A stretch of DNA of 64,000 bases from an uncultured Pseudomonadota bacterium (lineage in GTDB: Bacteria > Babelota > Babeliae > Babelales > RVW-14), in NCBI GenBank assembly GCA_964446935.1, contig CAYUQI010000001.1, positions 4,320-68,319 of the forward strand, read 5' to 3'. Position 1 is the stretch's first letter; every line of letters starts with the position of its first letter. The translations under genes and the position numbers were made by a program. The notes below the pieces were generated by a model. The model saw only the letters and a program-made list of their open reading frames with translations, was not told the DNA's origin and ran no database searches. Below, in pieces: positions 38,159-47,430 of the stretch.

Positions 38159-40078
38159 ATGAGTGGAATTATAGCTTGTATTGGAAGCAAACCTTGCCGG
38201 CAGGCAATTCTTGAAGGTTTGTGTCATCTTGAATGTCGAGAATATGATTCTGCCGGTTTTGCTTGTATCGATAGCAATCATGGTCATATCAATTATCATA
38301 AAGAAGCGGGCGGCATAGTACCAATCAAGCGGCTTATTGAAGCCATACACTTTGATGGTTCTGTTGGCGTGGCTCATACTCGTTGGGCGACACATGGAAT
38401 TGTCGATGAACACAATGCCCATCCTCATTTCAATTGCAATAAAAGTATAGCGGTTGTACATAATGGAATTTTAGAGGCTCACGAAGAAATACGCCAAAAG
38501 CTTATTGATCAAGGGCATACCTTTACATCATCAACTGATACCGAGGTGGCGGCACATCTTTTGGAAGCACTTGTTGACCAATGTAAAGATTTAAAAAAAG
38601 CAATTATGGAATTGGTTAAGCGCCTTAAGGGTGCTTATGCTTTGGTTTTTTTATTGGAACAGTTACCAGACAAATTAATTGTTATTCGTCATCGATCTCC
38701 TATGAGCCTGGGTATTGGCAATGGCGAGGTTTATGCAGCATCTGATTTGGTTGCCTTTACTGACAAAACACGTAATGTCATTTTTATGCCAGATGATACG
38801 GTTGCCTTTTTATCAAAAGATGGTGTTGAATTATATGGATTTGATGGGCGATCGATCCCGTATTATGTCCAGGAAATTGATGAATCTTTTTTGACATCTG
38901 ACAAAGAAGGCTTTGAACATCATTTTCTTAAAGAGATATTAGAGCAGAAGCGTGCCATTAGCAGAACGATATCGTTTTATAAAGTTATTGGTAATTATAA
39001 TGAAGCAATTATCGATGATGATATTGCGCTTCAAAAAAACCATCTTCATGTTGATTACAGTGATGCCATTTGGCGACATGTTGGTCTTACTACCGATATG
39101 GTAAAAGATCTTGAACATATTCATTTGATTGGTGCTGGTACGTCATATCACGCATCGTGTATAGCTCGCTTCTTTTTTGAACACGTATGTAATATTCCAA
39201 CGTATGCTCATTTATCGTCTGAGTTTCGTTATGCACCTTTTTTCATTAAGCCAAATGGTGCGTATGTTGTTATATCACAGTCCGGTGAAACAGCTGATAC
39301 ACTAGAATCTTTGCGTTTGGTTAATTCTTTTGAACAACATACCATTGCGCTCACTAATGTTGCTTCAAGCAATATGGTTCGTGAGGCAAGTGGTTTTCTG
39401 CCAATGCAGGCAGGTCCAGAAATTTCTGGTGCATCAACGAAGGCTTTTTCCGCTCAATTAGCAAGTTTGTATTGGCTTGCGCACCGTATTGCACTTGATT
39501 GTGGTAAGGTAACGCCAGAACAAATGTTAGTAGCCGAAGAATCATTGTTTATTGCCGCTGAAATTTTGGAAGCAGCAATTGATGGTTATAAATTTAAAAT
39601 TGTACAAGAGCTTGCCCCGCATTATGCAACCTATGATCACTTTATTTTTTTGGGACGACACATATCCTATCCACTTGCTCAAGAAGCAGCGTTCAAAATT
39701 TCAGAAATTTCACATGTATTTGCTCAGTGTTATCCTGCAGGTGAATTACGAAATGGTCCTATTTCAATTATCAATGACAAAGCGCCCGTGGTTTTGTTCT
39801 CGGTGTTAGATGATTTGATTTATCAAAAGATGATTGAAAATGCACGTGACATTAAATCACGTAATGGTCACTTGATAGTCTTTGCATTTGAAGGGCAGCG
39901 TGAGCTTATTGAGCTAGCAGATTGTGTATTTGTATTACCTCGTGTTACTCCTATGCTGGCGCCACTTGCCATGACAGGGCTAATGCAATTTTTTATATAT
40001 CATATTTCACGTTGTCTTGGTCAGCCTATTGATAAACCGAGAGTTCAGCGTAAACAGGGTTCAATGGATCAGGTCTGA
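38159..40078 (+). CDS. GlmS-like protein (glutamine amidotransferase class II + 2x SIS) with substituted catalytic residues
   Basis: Full-length collinear with glutamine-fructose-6-phosphate aminotransferase (HTRWATHG, VVHNGI, SSTDTEV, SQSGETADTLESLR). It starts MSGIIACIG rather than MCGIVG, has GELRNGP rather than GELKHGP, and ends ...IDKPRVQRKQGSMDQV rather than ...KPRNLAK(S/A)VTVE. Confidence 0.8.
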   Translation: MSGIIACIGSKPCRQAILEGLCHLECREYDSAGFACIDSNHGHINYHKEAGGIVPIKRLIEAIHFDGSVGVAHTRWATHGIVDEHNAHPHFNCNKSIAVVHNGILEAHEEIRQKLIDQGHTFTSSTDTEVAAHLLEALVDQCKDLKKAIMELVKRLKGAYALVFLLEQLPDKLIVIRHRSPMSLGIGNGEVYAASDLVAFTDKTRNVIFMPDDTVAFLSKDGVELYGFDGRSIPYYVQEIDESFLTSDKEGFEHHFLKEILEQKRAISRTISFYKVIGNYNEAIIDDDIALQKNHLHVDYSDAIWRHVGLTTDMVKDLEHIHLIGAGTSYHASCIARFFFEHVCNIPTYAHLSSEFRYAPFFIKPNGAYVVISQSGETADTLESLRLVNSFEQHTIALTNVASSNMVREASGFLPMQAGPEISGASTKAFSAQLASLYWLAHRIALDCGKVTPEQMLVAEESLFIAAEILEAAIDGYKFKIVQELAPHYATYDHFIFLGRHISYPLAQEAAFKISEISHVFAQCYPAGELRNGPISIINDKAPVVLFSVLDDLIYQKMIENARDIKSRNGHLIVFAFEGQRELIELADCVFVLPRVTPMLAPLAMTGLMQFFIYHISRCLGQPIDKPRVQRKQGSMDQV

Positions 40079-40179
40079 TCTTGTATGACATCCTAGATTC
40101 TGGACAAATTTGATATACTTCAGTTACAGTGTTCACGTCATAAACGTTCTTGTGCTGCATATTTATATGAGGGAAGCTC

Positions 40180-41589
40180 ATGAATTTGGAAATCATTGTT
40201 GCATTTGGAGTATATTTTTCAATATTAGGGACTATTGGATTCTTCGCTTATCTGCGGAGTAGGAAGACGGCTGATTTTATTCTTGGTTCCCGTTCACTTA
40301 GTTATTGGGTTACGGCGCTTGCTGCACACGCAAGCGATATGAGCGGTTGGTTATTTATGGCGTTTCCTGCAGCTGTGTATGCTCATGGTTTGATTGAAGC
40401 ATGGACTGCTGTTGGCCTCGTGGCTTTTATGTATTTGAATTGGCGGTTTGTTGCTCCTAAATTGCGTGCACAGACTGAACGATATCATGCTTCCACATTG
40501 TCATCATTTTTGGAACAACGATGTAATGATCAAACAGGATTGATACGAAACATAAGTGCATTATTTTGTTTATTGTTTTTTATCTTTTATATTTCTGCAA
40601 ATTTTGTTGCTTTGGGCCATTTGTTTGAATCGATTTTTTCCATTAGTTATTCAACCGGCATTTTTTTAGGTGCGTTGGTTATTTTTTATATCTTGCTGGG
40701 AGGGTATCTCTCGATTGCATGGGTCGATTTTTTCCAAGGCATGTTTTTGCTCGCTATGATTATTCTGGTACCTGTTATTGCTTTTTTTACCCTCAATGGG
40801 ACTCAAGACATTATCCATGCCGCATCTACACGGCATGTTGTCCTTAGTGCTATACCTCGTTCATTAGGAGATTTTGCAACTGCTCTGTTGCTAGCTATTG
40901 GATGGGGACTTGGTTATTTTGGCCAGCCCCACATTGTGACCAAGTTTATGGGGATTAAGGATGTATCTGAAATGCGTAAGGCGCAGAGGCTTGGATTAAC
41001 GTGGCAAAGTTTAACACTTTTGGCTGCGATAGGAGTTGGGTTGGTTGGGCTTGCCTTTTTCCCCCAGGGGTTAGCAAATCCTGAGCTTATTTTTGTTACG
41101 ATGACCAAACAGTTATTCAGACCATTTTTTGCTGGGCTTATTTTGTGTGCAATTCTTGCTTCAGCGATCAATGTTATTGGTGCTCAAGTTCTTGCTTCCG
41201 CATCGATTTTGGCTGAGGACTTTTACAAACATATTATGAGGCGTAAGCCATCAGATGTTTTGAATCAACAGGTTCAATGGGCATCTCGTTTAAGTGTTGT
41301 TGCTATTTGTGTGCTGTCATTGTGGTTTGCATTGTACAATCAACAAAAAACAATTTATGAACTTGTTTATTATGCATGGGCGGGCCTTGGTTGTTCATTT
41401 GGTCCGATTTTGTTGTTGACTCTGCATAGAGATAATGTTCATACGAACGTGGCACTTGCGGGAATCACCATGGGCGGTGTTACCGCAGGACTTTGGCCTC
41501 TTGTTAATACAACCATACCTGCGATGATTGTTGGATTTGCTGTAAGCGTTGCGGCTATGGGTGTTGTAGCTATAGTTAACAGACGATAG
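40180..41589 (+). CDS. putP: sodium:solute symporter, PutP-like (sodium/proline symporter family)
   Basis: 469 aa with about 12 TM segments. The N-terminus ...[36 protein letters not shown] closely parallels E. coli PutP ([36 protein letters not shown]). Confidence 0.82.
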   Translation: [469 protein letters not shown]

Positions 41590-41593
41590 ACTG

Positions 41594-42955
41594 TTATTCT
41601 CCCTCTGGAAACAGCTGTAGAAGCTCATAAACATTCCGAAAACCAATCAGATTACATGAGGTTTTAACCTGTTGAAATTTGGAAACAAAAATTTGTTCAA
41701 GTCCAAATTTTTCGGCTTCTTTAATACATGAACCTATTTGATTGATGGCCTTAACGTTGCCAGTCAGGCTCAGTTCGCCGATAGCGACTGCTTTAGCGGG
41801 CAGGTTTTTTTGGAAATAACTGGAAAGCAACGCCAGAGCGATTCCGAGATCTGCTGATGATTCTTTTATTTTGAATCCCCCGCTGACTTTGAAAAAAATG
41901 TCATGTGCGCTAAAGCGAATATGGAGATATTTTTCTAAAATTGCGGCAACAAGTACAACTCGTTTGTAATCAAGCCCTGTTACCACGCGCTGCGGTACTC
42001 CAAACTTTGATTCAACAACGAGTGCTTGGAGCTCAATCAACAGTGGTCGCGTTCCCTCAAGGCAACAAATCATTGAGGCTCCAACAGAGCCTGATGCTTC
42101 GCTCAAAAATTGCTGATTAACGTTGGCTACCTCAACAAGTCCTTGTTCTTGCATTTCAAAGAAGCCAACTTCGTTAATGGTACCAAATCGGTTTTTAACT
42201 GATCGTAAGATGCGTGTATGCCAACGGTCTTCTGCTTGCAAGTAGAAGACCGCATCAACCATATGCTCAAGAACCTTTGGACCAGCCATTTCGCCTTCCT
42301 TGGTAATGTGGCCGGTGATAAGAACCGCGATGTTTTGTTCTTTAGCGAGTCGCATGAGATGAAATGCTGCCTCACGTAATTGAGCAATGGTGCCAGGGAT
42401 AGCATGAGATTGAAATGAGATATGACAATTTTGGATGGAATCGACGATTAACAAATCAGGTTTTTCCTGTTGTGCTGTTGCGACAATGGTTTCCAGGCAT
42501 GCTTCATCTGAAAATAAAAGATTATCATTTGCGACACTGAGGCGTTGTGCTCTACCTTTAACCTGTTCAAGTGATTCTTCTGACGAAAAATAAATGATTT
42601 TGTGTTTGGTAGCAAGAGCATTGGCGACTTGTAGTAACAGCGTTGATTTTCCTATGCCAGGATCGCCTGTTAAGATTATAAATGAACCGGGTAAGATACC
42701 CCCACCCAAGACGGTATCCCATTCACGAATATTACTGAGCATGCGAGCTTGAGGTGATAATTGAATGTTTGCGATAGGCGTCAAGACTGCACAATGGGCA
42801 TTGGCCTGTGGACCTTTGGTTGATGCAAATACGGCCGGCAAAGGTTTTTGTTCAATTAAGCTGTTCCACTCATTGCAGGTTGGGCAACAACCTACCCATT
42901 TAAGAGAGATGTAGCCACAATTGGAGCATGAGAATGATGCCTTGTTTTTGCTCAC
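41594..42955 (-). CDS. radA: DNA repair protein RadA/Sms
   Basis: N-terminal Zn finger FSCSNCGYISLKWVGCCPTCNEWNS, Walker A GDPGIGKST, the KNRFG motif (RSVKNRFGTINEVGFF) and a Lon-like C-terminal domain. Confidence 0.94.
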   Translation of the reverse strand: MSKNKASFSCSNCGYISLKWVGCCPTCNEWNSLIEQKPLPAVFASTKGPQANAHCAVLTPIANIQLSPQARMLSNIREWDTVLGGGILPGSFIILTGDPGIGKSTLLLQVANALATKHKIIYFSSEESLEQVKGRAQRLSVANDNLLFSDEACLETIVATAQQEKPDLLIVDSIQNCHISFQSHAIPGTIAQLREAAFHLMRLAKEQNIAVLITGHITKEGEMAGPKVLEHMVDAVFYLQAEDRWHTRILRSVKNRFGTINEVGFFEMQEQGLVEVANVNQQFLSEASGSVGASMICCLEGTRPLLIELQALVVESKFGVPQRVVTGLDYKRVVLVAAILEKYLHIRFSAHDIFFKVSGGFKIKESSADLGIALALLSSYFQKNLPAKAVAIGELSLTGNVKAINQIGSCIKEAEKFGLEQIFVSKFQQVKTSCNLIGFRNVYELLQLFPEGE

Positions 42956-43608
42956 AGTGCTTCAGCTGATGAGGTTTGTTTTGGGGCTGTTGCATATGGT
43001 GCATTCGATGTTTGTGGTTTATCAATCGAAAAACAACTACGGCAACGTGCCTCATAAAAATCAGATGCCCCTACGAGAATAATTGGATCATCGTATTTGG
43101 CTGGTTGACCGTTAATAAGCCGTTGGGTATGGTGAGCTTCTTTACCGCAGCATAAACAAATTGCTTTTAGTTTTATTACATCATCAGCTATTGCCATGAG
43201 TCGTGGTATGACACCAAATGGTTCTCCGCGGAAATCAAGGTCAAGTCCGGCGGCAATAACATGTTTGCCTGTAGCAACAAGTGTCTCAATGACGTTGATG
43301 ATTGGATTGCTAAAAAATTGAACCTCATCAATACCAATAACATCAATATTTGATTGCGCGAGCTCTAATATTTTCTCAAATCCTGAAGCATTATCCGAAA
43401 TTACAAAAGCAAAACGTTCTTTGCCTTCATGTGAAACAATGCAGGTAGGAACTTGATTATAACGTTTGTCGATATGATGTTTGATGGTGAGAACGCGTTG
43501 TTTTGCATATTCAGCACGACGCAGTCGACGCATAAGTTCTTCTGTTTTACCAGAGAACATTGAACCACAAACAACCTCTAATCGCCCCGGTTTTATATCT
43601 TTAGTCAT
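42952..43608 (-). CDS. tdk: thymidine kinase (with about 25 aa of low-complexity C-terminal tail)
   Basis: LEVVCGSMFSGKTEELMRRLRRA (P-loop), GIDEVQFF, and the C-terminal Zn-binding CLCCGKEAHHTQR...CRSC. Confidence 0.92.
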   Translation of the reverse strand: MTKDIKPGRLEVVCGSMFSGKTEELMRRLRRAEYAKQRVLTIKHHIDKRYNQVPTCIVSHEGKERFAFVISDNASGFEKILELAQSNIDVIGIDEVQFFSNPIINVIETLVATGKHVIAAGLDLDFRGEPFGVIPRLMAIADDVIKLKAICLCCGKEAHHTQRLINGQPAKYDDPIILVGASDFYEARCRSCFSIDKPQTSNAPYATAPKQTSSAEAL

Positions 43609-43852
43609 GGTACCACCCTCGTAAACATGGATATTTTATGTAATGCCAAATTACAGTATACCATGGTTTGATCAAGACCTTAATTTGTGGTTCTAAGAAA
43701 CAGATTTTTGCGCCATGAATTTATTTGCCTTCGCCAGGAGTGCAAATATCACGTCGAAGTTTTCGCGAAGTAGGTGGCTATACTGCACAGGTTGGCTGGC
43801 GGACAGGCTGACAAAATGAAGTCTCGGCTCAATGACATATTGATTGCATTTG

Positions 43853-45103
43853 CTAATGAGCGTTTTGGGCTGCAGGTGGTGGCGCAGGTCGACGTAAGAC
43901 CAGTCGTCCCAATATACCTGTTTGTGCCCCAATTCCTTCTGCAACACCTTGCCCAACTTGTCGTCCAATAGCCTTAAGATCAGGATTTGGTTGTTGGTTT
44001 CCAGGATCATTTCCCGCTGTATTTGCCATGCCATTTACAGCTGCCCGCAACGCCCCTTCTGTTAAAGAATTTAATTGGTCTTGAGTTGGCATATTAAGAA
44101 TGCCTGGTGGGAGATTGTCTCGCAAACTGGAAACAAATTTATTAAAGCGATCTTGATCAGCGAGTATCTCATTGAGCAATTCAGGCGTGATATGCTGTAC
44201 AACACTTTTTAGTTTTTCGCGGTTGGCAGGATCATCAAGGCCATTGATAAAGGCATTGACGGCACCACGGCCAGCGCTTTCACCAAGTGGCTCAACAATA
44301 GCAGTCCAAGCATTACTAAACCATTTTTTAATACCACCCCAGTTTGGTAAAACATATTTATAAACAATAATGCTAATGGCAAAAATAATAACCGAGATAA
44401 TAACAACTTTTTTGAGTTTACTGGATTGAACCAGTGGCTCCTTGGCTCCATAGGTTTCAAGCAGCATAATAAAAGATGTAATCTTTTTTTCATCTATGAC
44501 AGGTCCAAATTGTTTGTTGATGCTAAGCATTTCACGTTTAATTTTGTCAATTGAGTGTGCCAGTGTTTCTCGTTTTTGTTCATAACTCAAAAAGCTTTCA
44601 TTAATCATGTAGATCATGATAAACAGCTTACTCAGTGCCGATTGGAATGGCTTGAGCACAATACTCTTGTTTATTGCTTTTAATGAATAAAAGGTTTGGC
44701 AGTGTTCAAGTATTTTAGCTACATATTCTTTTTTTAGATTCATGCTGCAAATAAATTGATGAAATTTTAAAAAATAAAATTTATTAAGGCGTCGCAATAA
44801 GTAGATACTATCGGCATCATCTTGTTGCTCAAGCCATTCTATTAATTTAATGATGATGGAACCTTCTTTTTGAACGTCAGGAAACAGCGAAGCATTAATA
44901 ATAAGATTGTTGTTGTATGATAATGGAAAGTGTCCATTTTCAACTAATTGATAATATCTGTTTTCAAATGAATCGTAAGCCTGTTGTATGCGTGTGTCCA
45001 GGCCTTCTTCAAGTAAGTTTGTATTAATAGGACTGCTTGCAAAACATGGTAAAAAAAAGTTTATGTATGCTGCAATCGTTACAATCCATGGAAGGAACTT
45101 CAT
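43853..45103 (-). CDS. hypothetical membrane/secreted protein (orphan)
   Basis: 416 aa. Signal-like N-terminus MKFLPWIVTIAAYINFFLPCFASS, one central TM KKVVIISVIIFAISIIVYKYVL, and a Gly/Ala/Pro/Gln-rich tail ...GNDPGNQQPNPD...RRPAPPPAAQNAH. I recognised no family motif. Confidence 0.55.
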   Translation of the reverse strand: MKFLPWIVTIAAYINFFLPCFASSPINTNLLEEGLDTRIQQAYDSFENRYYQLVENGHFPLSYNNNLIINASLFPDVQKEGSIIIKLIEWLEQQDDADSIYLLRRLNKFYFLKFHQFICSMNLKKEYVAKILEHCQTFYSLKAINKSIVLKPFQSALSKLFIMIYMINESFLSYEQKRETLAHSIDKIKREMLSINKQFGPVIDEKKITSFIMLLETYGAKEPLVQSSKLKKVVIISVIIFAISIIVYKYVLPNWGGIKKWFSNAWTAIVEPLGESAGRGAVNAFINGLDDPANREKLKSVVQHITPELLNEILADQDRFNKFVSSLRDNLPPGILNMPTQDQLNSLTEGALRAAVNGMANTAGNDPGNQQPNPDLKAIGRQVGQGVAEGIGAQTGILGRLVLRRPAPPPAAQNAH

Positions 45104-45353
45104 CTTTGTATTCCTTCGAGCGTTGTTTGGTTAATATGTTTTATTGATCTATTCCCCCTTAATCAATTTTAGAAGGATGCAGTGTAAAACAGGAGGGGTT
45201 GCAAAGTCAAATGAGACGCGTTCAGCGTGCTAAATGTCATTTTTTGCGTGTTTTTTTATTCTAATTGTCATGTACATGAAGAAGCAAGATCCTGTGTTTC
45301 TAACCTTGTATTTGTTCATTCATTGATAAATCATTTTATAACTGTTTAGTATC

Positions 45354-45396
45354 AAAGGCTGGGAATCTAATAATGATTCTCGGCCTTTATTTTATT
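45354..45396 (+). terminator. Hairpin with U-rich tail that is fully paired only in the + strand orientation
   Basis: aaaGGCTGGGAATC-taataat-GATTCTCGGCCttt-attttatt. All 11 core pairs form on + strand RNA (two are G-U). On minus-strand RNA those two positions become A-C / C-A mismatches and no U tail follows. Confidence 0.45.
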
Positions 45397-47257
45397 CAAC
45401 CGTAACGGCTTTTGCCAAATTACGTGGTTTATCGATGGGGCGTCCTAACTCCCTGGTGATGTAATAGATAAACAGTTGCATAACGCCCGTCATGGCCAAC
45501 GGTGCTAAAAGCGGATGTATAGTAGGGATCACAAAGGCACAATCAGCCATTTCAATGAGCTCTGTTTGATGTTCGAAGGCAAAGATAATCAAGTGCCCAT
45601 TACGAGCTTTAACCTCTTGGGCATTAGCAACGAGTTTAGTGTAAATTACCTCATCGAGTACTGAGAATATAACGACAGGTGTTTTGGCATCAACGAGGGC
45701 AATAGGGCCGTGTTTAAGTTCCCCCGATGGATAACATTGTGAAAAAATATACGAAATTTCTTTGAGTTTGAGAGCAGCTTCCATGGCAAAAGGATAGCTG
45801 ATATGCCGTCCTAAAAATATGAAGCGGTCATAATGAGCATAGCGTGGTGCATATTTGGTCGCAATATCAAATTTATAGGTTTCGAGTGTTGATTCCAGAA
45901 TCTCTGCAACTAATAGTAATTGTTCTTCGGCATAATGGAATTGTTGTAACGAAAGTTGTTTTCTTTCTGCTGCCATGCGATGTGCGAGCCAAAAAAGAAT
46001 AGCCATTTGGGCTGAAAAAGCTTTGGTTGATGCCACAGAAATTTCAGGGCCAGCTTGCATAAGCAATGAGCCCTTAGCTTCACGGACGATTGAGCTTGCA
46101 GGAACATTTGAAATAGCAATGGTGTGTTGATTGAATGAATTGATCAAACGCATTGCTTCAAGCGTGTCAGCTGTTTCGCCGGATTGCGAAATCAACATGA
46201 AAAGGCTATTTTCTTCAGGAAAAAACGGCATGTAGCGAAATTCTGATGCCAAATAAACACGTGTTGGTATTTTGCAAACAGCTTCAAAGAAAAATTGCGC
46301 TATGCGGGCTGCGTGCCATGATGTGCCAGCGGCAATGAGGCTTAGATGTCGAAGATTCTGTACCTGTTGTACCGACAAACCCATCTGGCGCCAGAGCGCT
46401 GTCTGCTCATTTGAAGTAGTATCAAGTTGTTTGAGTGACGTGACCGTACGGTTAATGGCCTGTTTTTGTTCATAAATTTCTTTGAGCATGAAATGTTCAA
46501 ACCCTTCTTTTTCTACATTCAAAAGAGTTTGATCGATAGGTGTCATAGTATATGGCAACGGGGTGCCATTAAACGAATACAGCTCTACGCTCTCACGTGT
46601 TACTAATGCAATGCTGCTATCTGGCATAAAAAGTGCGTTCGATGTTTTATCTGCAAATGCAAGTACATCCGAGGCGACAAAGTTTTCATGAGCGCCAACT
46701 CCAATAACCATGGGTGATTTGTGGCGGACAACCATGAGCATGTGTGGATATTCTTTACTGAGGGCGATGAAGGCAAAAGCTCCTTTAATGGTGTGTACGA
46801 GATCAATTAAAGCTTGTTTTGGATTGTTTGGATGCTTCTTAAGGGAATCGCTCAAAAGGTGTGCTATGACTTCGGTATCCGTTTGCGATGTGAAGGTATG
46901 TCCTTTGTTGATAAGTTCTTGACGTGTCCGTGTATGTTCTTCAACAATGCCGTTGTGGACAATAGCAAGCGTTTTTTTGCAATTAAAATGGGGGTGCGTA
47001 TTATTTAAAGTAACCGCTCCATGAGTTGCCCATCGTGTGTGGCCTATACCAACAGGGCCATCCTTTTCAATTGACATTGAAAGGTTTTTGATTGGTTCGT
47101 TTGTGCCACATTCTTTTTTCACATACAAGGAGTTTGTATCAGAAGTGATACAAGTAAAGCCAGCAGAATCATAACCACGATATTCAAGCCGAGATAAGCC
47201 TTCTGAAATAACTTTCTTACTTGAGCCAGAACCGATATATCCAACAATACCGCACAT
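45392..47257 (-). CDS. glmS: glutamine-fructose-6-phosphate aminotransferase (isomerizing), canonical
   Basis: 621 aa with MCGIVGYIGS (Cys1 nucleophile), HTRWATHG, SQSGETADTLEAMR, KLKEISYIFSQCYPSGELKHGPIALVD, and the C-terminal tail IDKPRNLAKAVTVE. Confidence 0.96.
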   Translation of the reverse strand: MCGIVGYIGSGSSKKVISEGLSRLEYRGYDSAGFTCITSDTNSLYVKKECGTNEPIKNLSMSIEKDGPVGIGHTRWATHGAVTLNNTHPHFNCKKTLAIVHNGIVEEHTRTRQELINKGHTFTSQTDTEVIAHLLSDSLKKHPNNPKQALIDLVHTIKGAFAFIALSKEYPHMLMVVRHKSPMVIGVGAHENFVASDVLAFADKTSNALFMPDSSIALVTRESVELYSFNGTPLPYTMTPIDQTLLNVEKEGFEHFMLKEIYEQKQAINRTVTSLKQLDTTSNEQTALWRQMGLSVQQVQNLRHLSLIAAGTSWHAARIAQFFFEAVCKIPTRVYLASEFRYMPFFPEENSLFMLISQSGETADTLEAMRLINSFNQHTIAISNVPASSIVREAKGSLLMQAGPEISVASTKAFSAQMAILFWLAHRMAAERKQLSLQQFHYAEEQLLLVAEILESTLETYKFDIATKYAPRYAHYDRFIFLGRHISYPFAMEAALKLKEISYIFSQCYPSGELKHGPIALVDAKTPVVIFSVLDEVIYTKLVANAQEVKARNGHLIIFAFEHQTELIEMADCAFVIPTIHPLLAPLAMTGVMQLFIYYITRELGRPIDKPRNLAKAVTVE

Positions 47258-47430
47258 GAAAAACCTTTCTACATCGCAAGAGTTTAAAACACTAGTATGC
47301 CAGGGGTTGCGTTCTTATTCAAAATAAAGGCATAAAATCTAATGAAGATGGATGAATATAACCGTTTGTGCGGTCTTAGAGCGTGGTTTGTTTGGTTTTT
47401 ACATCATGCCAATAGCGTGTTATAACTATC

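Noticed and set aside
38159-47257. The two glmS-type genes as an inverted duplication bracketing a mobile or invertible segment
   Set aside because: The copies are strongly diverged at the nucleotide level, so they are not recent recombination substrates. The genes between them (putP, radA, tdk) are ordinary core functions.
47258-47430. Possible glmS ribozyme or GlmZ-type leader upstream of canonical glmS
   Set aside because: I could not find the conserved glmS ribozyme core helices by eye, and the region is dominated by the hairpin repeats. A covariance-model scan would be needed, so I make no claim.
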